Positions 47,222 to 55,668 of a DNA stretch of 64,000 nucleotides are shown here, piece by piece. The stretch comes from a virus. Lineage: Duplodnaviria; Caudoviricetes. Position numbers and translations under genes: made by a program. The DNA lies in IMG/VR virus record IMGVR_UViG_3300033463_004353, positions 1-64,000 of that record; one strand, written 5' to 3'. Numbering within the stretch: position 1 is the stretch's first letter; each line of letters starts with the position of its first letter. A model generated the notes under the pieces. That model was not told the origin of the DNA and did no database searches. It worked only from the letters and a program-made list of their open reading frames with translations.

Positions 47222-50200
47222 TTAGAATTGAGTATGGAAGTCATAAATACGACCACTATATAGTGACATTCTGTTTACTGGATCTGCTTTATATGATCTA
47301 GCATAGCCTGGCTCAACATATATCCTTGATGGAATTACTGAAAACCAGATAGGTTGTATAGCTGAGTTGTCATTTATTCCATATGGTGGTGTCTCTGATC
47401 TCATGAATACATACTTCAAATTCACTCCATATCTTCTACTAGAGCTAAATTGGTTTGCAAAAGCACTTACATGTATGCGCTTCAAGTTAGTTCCAAAGAC
47501 TATAGTGTTCAAGTCTGTCATGTCTCCAAATGCTTGGATCCCTATATATTCAATGTTGTTGCTGATTTCAATGAATGCCAAGTTCTTTATTGAATAGAAT
47601 GCATAGTCTCCTATCTCATTTATGCTATCTGGGAAGAATGATGTCTGGCTACCATACAATAGTGTTCCTGCACCATATCCACTGTTCTTCGCACCACCAC
47701 TATACCCAATTGTATGCTCTTTGCCAGGATCATCATTTGTCAACACTATAGATCCACAATTCTCTCTTGAGTCAAACACTGGGTTATCTGGATGGACTTT
47801 GAATGACTTTATGCATGAAGAGCCATTTGTTGGATAGTTTAATGTTGTCCCTTCAAACCCAATCAGCTTGTCATTTATCCTTGTTATTGTATGTGATATC
47901 CTAACTTCACAACCTGGATTGGATATCCTACCAGCACCATATATCCCAGCTAATGCTCCTTGTGCTAATTCTTCAACATCTGTGCCAAACTCTATGTATA
48001 TTGTGTTTGCTAGGTTAGTGGTACCACCAACACCATTCTTTATTTGTACATTAGTGACAGTACCGCTCAATTCTAGCTCTACTTCTACAACTTCATTAGA
48101 TTGGTTGATGTACCTCATTGTAGTAGTTGCTTTCTCTTCCCAAGTGTAGACTTCTTCTGCTTGCTTGGTGACTTCAACAAAATACCCATCATTATAGCTT
48201 TCTACATTTTTGTGTGGGTACTCTATCATCACATTCTCTTTGTTGACTCTATATTGTGCAACAGACTTGTATTGGTGATCTGCTAGTCCATTTATAGAGT
48301 AGTTGAGCATTATGTCATAGTATCCTGGATAGTGTGTGCCATCAGCCTTCTCTGTTGGAACAACCATCGTCTGTTGGTTTGACTTCTCTTTCCAACTCTT
48401 TGACTCAGTCTTCTTCACCATCCACTTGCTAGTCAAGTCAATGTTGAATCTATAGTCATTGTTGTTGACAGAAGCTATTATGAGGTCATCTTGGTTGAAG
48501 TGGTTGTTCCCATTAGACATAACTATATCCATCCTATTCACTAAGAACTTGTCTATTGAGTATCCAGTGTATTTCATTGAGTAGTTTTGGTATGAATACT
48601 CTATCTTGTGCATGTCTAGCAATGATTTGTCATTGTACATGCCTATAGGATACTTTGATATGAGGACTATATACCAATATGGTTTTATAGGATCTCCATT
48701 TTGGTCAACATTCCCATCTTTGTCATGCATCAAGTAAGCATCATACTCAACTTTCTCATCTATCTTGAAGACAAAATCATAGCCAGCCATCTTGTTGAAC
48801 AGTGCATAGTACAAGTTGAAGAAAGCAGTATCACTAGAATATGGTATCTCTTGACTAGATCTCTTGCTTGGATATGTGTCTGTCTTGTATAGCTTGAACA
48901 AGTGTATCCTGTTGTAGTATGACTTGTTCTGTGGTATTGATATGCTTCCTCTGTAGTACTTAGAGTAGAACTGCATCATGTTGTACTCTATAGCATTTGA
49001 GTTGCCTATCTCAGCCATCTTGTCAATGAATGTCATCACTTTCTCATTCTCTGTAGTGTCATCATAAAAAAGTGCATCTATTGTCACTAAGTCCGGTTGG
49101 TACATGAAAGAGTTGAAATAGACCTTGTTCTTATCAATTGACTTGATTTGGCTGAACTTTGTCAATCCAGTAGTTATGTTGTATCTGTATTGCAACTTGC
49201 CTAAGTCAATGTACAAGTTTGGTATTGTGACGTTGAAGTCATAGGTGAACCAATTGCCATTCACACCAACTATAACCCTGAAGTCTGTCTTCAACCAATC
49301 TATGTCCTTTGGCAAGCCAAGGAGCCTTGGTATCAGCAATATGCCTTTGTACTCATTGTCGGGTGTCTGGTAGAATGTGAACTTGTTGTCAACTATCAAT
49401 TCACCTGTACGTATTGTATATCTGTCCTTTGGCAATGACAACACATTGTAGTTCTTGACATTGTATTTAGTTTTTCCACCTTCTATGCAGACATAGTTCC
49501 CTAATCTGCGATCTTCTGGTGTGTAGTACCATGATCCATTGTAGTGTGTCCAGTCACCATTAGGGTCTTGTGTCTTCATCACATATGTCAGCATCACTAC
49601 AACTTTGTACAGTGCTGATGACACTTTTGCATATCTGTCTTGTTGTAACTCTACAATGCCAACACTAGGAAGCATGTAGTGTGTAGCTTCTTCTGTAGTT
49701 GTCTTCACATATTCATCATTGCCATCTTCTTGGACAATCTTGTAGAATGATGATATGCTGGTCATGTTGCCATTCTCGCCTATGATCCAATCACCAACAT
49801 CACTCTTTGAGAACTGGCTGTTGATGTTGTATATCTTGATAGGTATCTCTATGCAGTTCTCATTCACATAGTACAAGTCTTCATTTTCATATTCTTCATT
49901 ATAGTTCTTGAAGACATTGAATTTAGAGTCTATCAGAGTTGTTGACTTCTTGTATAGCAAAGTGCTTTCACTTGGGAATTCAACCATAACATCATTGTCG
50001 AACAATGACACATATCTAGCAGATATGCTCTGAGATGCATGGCATTGCAGCTTCATGTCATTAGCATACACTTTCCACTCAACTGATGCTCTTGATATCT
50101 TCATATGGACTGGCAAGAAGTACTTCTCATAGTAGTGTCTCATGCAGTCTAGCTTCAGTGCAAGCTCATTCATGATGAAGTCATAGTAAGGCTTGTAGAA

Positions 50201-51976
50201 TGTCCAGTCATCATGCGTGACCTCTACCATCTTGTTGAAGTAGCTTTCTAGCAATGGCTTGCCTTCACCAATCAGGCCACTTGAATAGTCTTGTCTGCCA
50301 ACTTCACCTGTCTCATGATTTCCTGGCACAGACAATGATATCATGTTTGTTGTCCTGAATGCCCTATATGTCTCTTTCAAGCTAGATCCAATGTCAAATG
50401 AGTCAATTATGAATTGCTTTTGGAACTCATTGTCGGTTCTCAAGAGCTTGTTCAATGACACTTTGTCACCCCATCCAAACCACTCTAGTGATGACTTCAT
50501 CGATTTCATGTTGCCACACTCACCAAATATCTGCATGTAGTTGAGCAACAGCTCTTTGACTTTCTTCTTGAACAGCTTCTCATCTGGCCACTTAGAGTTG
50601 AACCTTGCTTGGTATATTGCTCGTATGATGTCTTTTGGCAATGATATTCCTAGATTCTTGCCATTAATGACAAGCTCTTCACACTCATCTATGAAAGTGC
50701 ACCCAACAGTGATTGGTGTCCACTCATCAACATCTTCAACCATCTTCACAGTGACATATCCACCACTTGTGTTATCAACAACAGCTTTGTTGTCTGTGTC
50801 AAACCATATGTCACGAACATTAGTTGTGAGCATGAAAGTTGACTCGTTCAAGTCAAACGCTCCACCAACACCAACACTACCAAAGCTCACAGATCCATTT
50901 CCTAGATTCCTGAGTGTTGCCCTCTTGAAATCAGAATTCCTGTCTCCATAGAAATACCCATTCTCTGGGTTGTTGCCAATGTACAAGTTGTAGTCATGGT
51001 TTATCCATATCACACCACCACAAGCACGACATGACCTGTATACATGACCAGACATCTGGTAGTAGTGGCCGGCTTGGAGCCACTTGTCTTCTGGGAGCCT
51101 GACAATGTAGTGGTAGACATCAGCCGGCATGCCAGGATTTAAGTTGCTTGTGTTAGAGCTTCTTCCCCAGTTCAATATCCTATACCATTCAGACTCATCA
51201 TCATGCTTTATTATCTCACAAGTGCTTGGATTGTATCCTGATGGGATGGTGTACCACAAGCTACGACCGATGAAGTTCCCATTCTCAACATGCACTTCAT
51301 ATATGTCGATGTCTGAGAAAGTCTGTTGCATCAAGTAGTTGTACATCTGGTCTTGTGTGAGCTCTACTTGCATTGTCTGCCCTTCAATTTCATGCTTGTA
51401 CTTCACATGTATCATCAAGTTTGACAAATATGTGCCTTCAACATCTGACTTGCCAACTATGTAGAATGGGAACATCACATACTTTGTTGACTCACTGTCC
51501 ACAAGAAGAGTGTCTTTTATGAATTGTGATGATGCATTGCCACTCTCAATTGCCTCTTCTATAGCATGCTCATCATAGTAGAAGTCATCATTGCCTAATG
51601 AGTCTTTGAAGTCCATATAGTTTAGCTCAATGTCTCTCTTCAAGTCATCCAATGACTCCATCTTCTCTTGCATGTGCTTTGCACTTATGAGCTTATAGAA
51701 TGATGACTCACTCTCTACAGATATCTTGATCCATGGATCGCCTTCTTCCCAATTCTCAGAATTCCCTTCTTCATATATAGAATGGTGCCCTATCACTTCC
51801 TTGATCTTGTTGTATTCTATCAAGAATCTCACTGGGAGTATGTAGTAGTTGTTGACTGACACTGGTTGCTTGCTTATCCAGAAGACATAGTCGCCTTCTT
51901 TGTACTTCAGAGCTACTGGGTCATCTGAATAAGTCTTCATCGAGAATATGTGCCCTGTATGATCTATGAACTCCAT
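47222..51976 (-). CDS. Large baseplate-wedge-like virion protein with C-terminal BspA-type LRR adhesin domain
   Basis: KELLLNY..IFG..G...S..SSL.WFGW wedge-like segment; C-terminal NPVFDSRENC...PDSINEIGDYAF...IEYIGIQAF. Confidence 0.75.
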   Translation of the reverse strand: MEFIDHTGHIFSMKTYSDDPVALKYKEGDYVFWISKQPVSVNNYYILPVRFLIEYNKIKEVIGHHSIYEEGNSENWEEGDPWIKISVESESSFYKLISAKHMQEKMESLDDLKRDIELNYMDFKDSLGNDDFYYDEHAIEEAIESGNASSQFIKDTLLVDSESTKYVMFPFYIVGKSDVEGTYLSNLMIHVKYKHEIEGQTMQVELTQDQMYNYLMQQTFSDIDIYEVHVENGNFIGRSLWYTIPSGYNPSTCEIIKHDDESEWYRILNWGRSSNTSNLNPGMPADVYHYIVRLPEDKWLQAGHYYQMSGHVYRSCRACGGVIWINHDYNLYIGNNPENGYFYGDRNSDFKRATLRNLGNGSVSFGSVGVGGAFDLNESTFMLTTNVRDIWFDTDNKAVVDNTSGGYVTVKMVEDVDEWTPITVGCTFIDECEELVINGKNLGISLPKDIIRAIYQARFNSKWPDEKLFKKKVKELLLNYMQIFGECGNMKSMKSSLEWFGWGDKVSLNKLLRTDNEFQKQFIIDSFDIGSSLKETYRAFRTTNMISLSVPGNHETGEVGRQDYSSGLIGEGKPLLESYFNKMVEVTHDDWTFYKPYYDFIMNELALKLDCMRHYYEKYFLPVHMKISRASVEWKVYANDMKLQCHASQSISARYVSLFDNDVMVEFPSESTLLYKKSTTLIDSKFNVFKNYNEEYENEDLYYVNENCIEIPIKIYNINSQFSKSDVGDWIIGENGNMTSISSFYKIVQEDGNDEYVKTTTEEATHYMLPSVGIVELQQDRYAKVSSALYKVVVMLTYVMKTQDPNGDWTHYNGSWYYTPEDRRLGNYVCIEGGKTKYNVKNYNVLSLPKDRYTIRTGELIVDNKFTFYQTPDNEYKGILLIPRLLGLPKDIDWLKTDFRVIVGVNGNWFTYDFNVTIPNLYIDLGKLQYRYNITTGLTKFSQIKSIDKNKVYFNSFMYQPDLVTIDALFYDDTTENEKVMTFIDKMAEIGNSNAIEYNMMQFYSKYYRGSISIPQNKSYYNRIHLFKLYKTDTYPSKRSSQEIPYSSDTAFFNLYYALFNKMAGYDFVFKIDEKVEYDAYLMHDKDGNVDQNGDPIKPYWYIVLISKYPIGMYNDKSLLDMHKIEYSYQNYSMKYTGYSIDKFLVNRMDIVMSNGNNHFNQDDLIIASVNNNDYRFNIDLTSKWMVKKTESKSWKEKSNQQTMVVPTEKADGTHYPGYYDIMLNYSINGLADHQYKSVAQYRVNKENVMIEYPHKNVESYNDGYFVEVTKQAEEVYTWEEKATTTMRYINQSNEVVEVELELSGTVTNVQIKNGVGGTTNLANTIYIEFGTDVEELAQGALAGIYGAGRISNPGCEVRISHTITRINDKLIGFEGTTLNYPTNGSSCIKSFKVHPDNPVFDSRENCGSIVLTNDDPGKEHTIGYSGGAKNSGYGAGTLLYGSQTSFFPDSINEIGDYAFYSIKNLAFIEISNNIEYIGIQAFGDMTDLNTIVFGTNLKRIHVSAFANQFSSSRRYGVNLKYVFMRSETPPYGINDNSAIQPIWFSVIPSRIYVEPGYARSYKADPVNRMSLYSGRIYDFHTQF

Positions 51977-52080
51977 TTATCTAGTAGTTTGTGTTGTTGT
52001 ATATATTGCCGCTGCTTGCACAACAGGCTCACTTAAAAATAATCTTGTGAAATCAACTGATTGATTGCCAATTGACAAAA

Positions 52081-52104
52081 AAGAGAGCCAATATTGGCTC
52101 TCTT
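52081..52104 (-). terminator. Intrinsic terminator (perfect 24-bp palindrome)
   Basis: AAGAGAGCCAAT|ATTGGCTCTCTT followed by a U-run on the - strand. Confidence 0.8.
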
Positions 52105-52131
52105 GAAATTGCATTTATAGTTGTCAAGTTG

Positions 52132-53133
52132 TCAGCTCTCAAATTGCTTCTCCAAGTCATACAAGTCTGACAAGTGCTGCTGCTCATCTGCTAAGATCTC
52201 CTTTATCTTTGCATTTGTCACAACATCTTTGTCACGAGTCATCCTCTCAATCTTCTCATAAGTCTCTATAGCTCCTTTCTCAGCTATGATGTTGTTCTTT
52301 ATAGAAGCTAGGCAATCAGTGCTAGGAACTATGTACTTGTGTGTTGCAACATCATCCCACATTGTTGAGCTAATGAGCTTGTGTGGTGCTTCACCAAAGT
52401 TGTTCAATCTCTCCATCAACCAGTATGCATGATCTTCTAGCTCATCTTTAGCAGTGTCACTAAAGAACTTGACAACATCATCTCTGTGCTTGCCTTCTAA
52501 GAATGGCAATATGATCATGTATGCATACCATGCATTGAGCTCTTCTGCCAATGCATCTTCTAGTGCACTCACTAGCATTGACAGCTCTGATGGTGTCATT
52601 TGCAGCTTCAGCTCATCTATTGTCTTAGCTAGCTTAGATGTGCTATCATCTTGCTGTTGTTGAGCAAAGCCATCAGTGTCAGCAAACAATGCTAAGAATG
52701 AGTTGTCTTCAACAACTTTCTTCTCAAAGATAAGCTTTGACTCTCTGTTCACATTGTCTATGCTGTCAGATGAGTGCATTGCATTCTTCATGTCATCTAT
52801 TCCCCAAGCATTCCTCACTTTGTCTTTCAGTTGATCCATGTCTTTGACCGGGTCTTCACAGTCTTTGTAGCACAGGCAACACACACAGTCACTAGAGCTC
52901 ATGTAATCACATAGATTGTTGTAGAACTCTTTGTCTTTGTGCATCTTGTACAATTCCTTTGCTTCATCATTAGTCAATGTGCGCTTAACTTTCTGTATGA
53001 CTTTCCAACCATTGTTGTCAAGCATCTTTAAGAACTCATCTTCATGATCTAAGAATTCTGGCTTCAATATCACAAAGCCATTTATTGTGTTGTTGCTCTC
53101 ATTGAGCATATATGTCTTCTTGAAGCTCTTCAT
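52132..53133 (-). CDS. Nucleoside-diphosphate kinase fused to a ferritin/Dps-like di-iron domain
   Basis: ILKPE...NAMHSSDS (NDK); EELNAWYAY, DELEDH, AEKGAIETY and DEQQH (ferritin-like). Confidence 0.88.
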   Translation of the reverse strand: MKSFKKTYMLNESNNTINGFVILKPEFLDHEDEFLKMLDNNGWKVIQKVKRTLTNDEAKELYKMHKDKEFYNNLCDYMSSSDCVCCLCYKDCEDPVKDMDQLKDKVRNAWGIDDMKNAMHSSDSIDNVNRESKLIFEKKVVEDNSFLALFADTDGFAQQQQDDSTSKLAKTIDELKLQMTPSELSMLVSALEDALAEELNAWYAYMIILPFLEGKHRDDVVKFFSDTAKDELEDHAYWLMERLNNFGEAPHKLISSTMWDDVATHKYIVPSTDCLASIKNNIIAEKGAIETYEKIERMTRDKDVVTNAKIKEILADEQQHLSDLYDLEKQFES

Positions 53134-53187
53134 GTTATGTATAGCTTGTCAGTATATAGTTTGTTAAAAATAAAAGAGAGACAAGCA

Positions 53188-53616
53188 TCAAATCTCATCT
53201 CTCTTAGTCAATTGCACCAAGTCTAGCCCAATTGGCTCTCTGTGGAATGCATATCTTTGTTTTATTCGGTTGTTGATGAAATCTGACTTCTTGCTACTTC
53301 CAGCAAGAGCTGAGAACACAAGCTTTGGGACATCATGGTAGAAGTATCCAAATGGCTGTGCATCTTCACCAAGTGAGAAGCCTTCAACACTATACATGAC
53401 TTCTTTGTATCTTATGACTAGAGTGCTAGTCTCTTCACAATACCCAATCTCATACACATTGGATTCTTCATGCACTCTCATCATTGGGATGATATGGTGA
53501 TTGCTCTCTACATTTCCATCTATCTCTACTTCACTTGATGGATCATACAAAACTAGCTCATCTTCTGCTATTGCTTTGTCACTGTTCTTGCTAGACATCT
53601 CAAACACAACTCTCAT
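53188..53616 (-). CDS. KTSC-domain protein
   Basis: SNVYEIGY.E.TSTLVIRY...Y.YHDVP..VF..L..S..K..F.N..IK..Y. Confidence 0.75.
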   Translation of the reverse strand: MRVVFEMSSKNSDKAIAEDELVLYDPSSEVEIDGNVESNHHIIPMMRVHEESNVYEIGYCEETSTLVIRYKEVMYSVEGFSLGEDAQPFGYFYHDVPKLVFSALAGSSKKSDFINNRIKQRYAFHREPIGLDLVQLTKRDEI

Positions 53617-54459
53617 CTATTTCTGAATGTTAGGATTAGGCACTTGCTCAACTTTATCATATGTGCCATACTTGTTGAAGTACTTCATGAAGTCACAAGT
53701 CTTGATCTTGAATGCAAGCCTGTCACCACATCTATTCAATGCACCAACTGGAGACTTCATGACAATCCCCTCGGCCATCAATGTCTTGTCTTCCGCAATG
53801 CTTGACAAGAATCCTACTTTGGCTTTCTCAACGGCTTCACTGATTGTCATCAACCCTAATGATGGTACCACCATGACACCAAGCTTCTGCATGATGTCAT
53901 CACGAGACTCCTTGAGCAAGTACAAGTCATCAACTTTGACATCAAACCCAATGAATGACACGCCATCTTTGATGTATCTTGATCCACATGCTTGGATTTT
54001 CCTCCCATAGCCTTCTCCATAGATTGTGTACATCTTAGGGATACGCTCATAATCTGGTTGCATGTTCGCATCAACCCACTTGTGCTGAGCAAAGCTATCT
54101 TCAAAGATTGTCTCCTCAAGCCCAAGTGCACTTAGAACTCTCTCCTTAGGCAAATTTGCATGTAGCCAGTCCATCAGCTCTTTAGGCACATTTGCATTGT
54201 CTGTCTTGCCTCGATACTCAACACTGAAGTCCACACCAACATTCTTGTGCTTCAACTCATCAAACAGTATTCTAGAAGACACTTCAATCCTTATGTTTGT
54301 GCCATCAATCTTCTCTGATGCCTCCCACAATGCATCTTTGAGCCACGTGATTGTTGGGTCAACGAACTCATAATGCAACATGATTATGTTGTCAATGTCA
54401 CGCTTGTACAAAGTGTTGATTTTCTGATAAGTGTTAGCACTACGCTTCTGTTTTGCCAT
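53617..54459 (-). CDS. RNA ligase, Rnl2 family
   Basis: Nucleotidyltransferase motifs EKIDGTN, YGE, FDV, EGIV and FKIK. Confidence 0.88.
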   Translation of the reverse strand: MAKQKRSANTYQKINTLYKRDIDNIIMLHYEFVDPTITWLKDALWEASEKIDGTNIRIEVSSRILFDELKHKNVGVDFSVEYRGKTDNANVPKELMDWLHANLPKERVLSALGLEETIFEDSFAQHKWVDANMQPDYERIPKMYTIYGEGYGRKIQACGSRYIKDGVSFIGFDVKVDDLYLLKESRDDIMQKLGVMVVPSLGLMTISEAVEKAKVGFLSSIAEDKTLMAEGIVMKSPVGALNRCGDRLAFKIKTCDFMKYFNKYGTYDKVEQVPNPNIQK

Positions 54460-54498
54460 AATGTCAATTGTAGTTTTTTAATTCATACTTTAAAATAG

Positions 54499-55053
54499 TC
54501 AATACCGCTTGTAGTATTCTTCAAGTATCTCATTTATGTTGCTTGGATATCCATCACAAGCTAGTCGCCACAAGTACTTTAAGTCATAGTTTATCCTCAA
54601 TACCTGCCAAATCTTCTTGTCTTCTAATATGTCTATGCACAAGTCTGCTTCTCGCTTTGTTATCCCGATAGCAAAGTCAGTCTGTACAAACCTAGTCAGC
54701 TGGTGGTCATGATATCCTCCTTCATCATCAAGTATGACATAGTCTTTGATGTTGTTCTCATTGACATACTTCTCAACTTCATCAGCTCTTGACTTGCACA
54801 TGCTGTCTGTCAATCCATGTATGTTAGTAGCAAGCCACTCTATAGTGTTATCCTGCACATTCCATCTCTTGAGATTCTTGTTCACAAACTCTTCAACATC
54901 TCTAGCACCATGCTTCCAAGTTGATGTGACAATAATCTTGCAACCTGTCTTGTCAACAATGTCCTTGATGAGCATGATGTTGTCTAATGACAAGCGCCAA
55001 TGGCTATAGTATGTTGTTATCACACCATCAAAGTCAAGAAATAGTGCTTTCAT
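54499..55053 (-). CDS. HAD-family phosphatase (RNA-repair 'Swiss army knife' type)
   Basis: FLDFDGV, IIVTSTWK and YVILDD motifs. Confidence 0.85.
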   Translation of the reverse strand: MKALFLDFDGVITTYYSHWRLSLDNIMLIKDIVDKTGCKIIVTSTWKHGARDVEEFVNKNLKRWNVQDNTIEWLATNIHGLTDSMCKSRADEVEKYVNENNIKDYVILDDEGGYHDHQLTRFVQTDFAIGITKREADLCIDILEDKKIWQVLRINYDLKYLWRLACDGYPSNINEILEEYYKRY

Positions 55054-55556
55054 CTCTCAATCTCTAATATGTTTCTCTCTATGAAGCTATTGTCAACTAC
55101 ATCAATGTACATTGACTTAGAGCTAGCATCACAATACACTAATAAGCTTTTGCCAGTCGGCAATGTGCTCTTGATCATGTCAATTGCCTTAGCATCATTT
55201 GACAAATAGATGGCATCATCACCAATCAATGAACATGTGCTGGTGTGTTCTTTTGATCGTTTGATTTCACTAACTATAGATTCAACTAATGCTTGTGGTA
55301 TTGCCTTAGGCCTGCCTGTTGGCCGCTTGAGCTTCTTTGGCATGAAAAACCTATGGTCAATCTTCCTAGCTTCAAACTCATATTTGATCTTCATAGTTTT
55401 AGATGTCTTTGCAACATCTCTCTTGTAGTCTCTGATAGCCTCATTTGCTTCTTTCTCTACAGAGAAAGATCTCTCAAGATACTTGAACCACTTTGTGAAT
55501 TGCTTGCCATCTTTAGTCCAATGCTCATATCGACAGTAAATGTAGAACTTATCCAT
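55050..55556 (-). CDS. Basic hypothetical protein, possible DNA-binding
   Basis: Start reassigned to ATG 55556 (MDKFYIYC), 21 nt below TTGACTATGTTA; contains KRPTGRPK. Confidence 0.65.
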   Translation of the reverse strand: MDKFYIYCRYEHWTKDGKQFTKWFKYLERSFSVEKEANEAIRDYKRDVAKTSKTMKIKYEFEARKIDHRFFMPKKLKRPTGRPKAIPQALVESIVSEIKRSKEHTSTCSLIGDDAIYLSNDAKAIDMIKSTLPTGKSLLVYCDASSKSMYIDVVDNSFIERNILEIER

Positions 55557-55668
55557 AAACACAATTTTAACTATCACTAACATAGTCAATAAGTTTAAAA
55601 GTTCAAATTTATTTTTAACTATACCTGCTTTTGGTATGGATACCTGAATAGCTACATACATCACACAT

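Noticed and set aside
47222-47700. Diversity-generating retroelement target (variable repeat in the LRR tip)
   Set aside because: I found no reverse transcriptase and no near-identical template repeat differing at adenines in this window. One could exist elsewhere in the genome.
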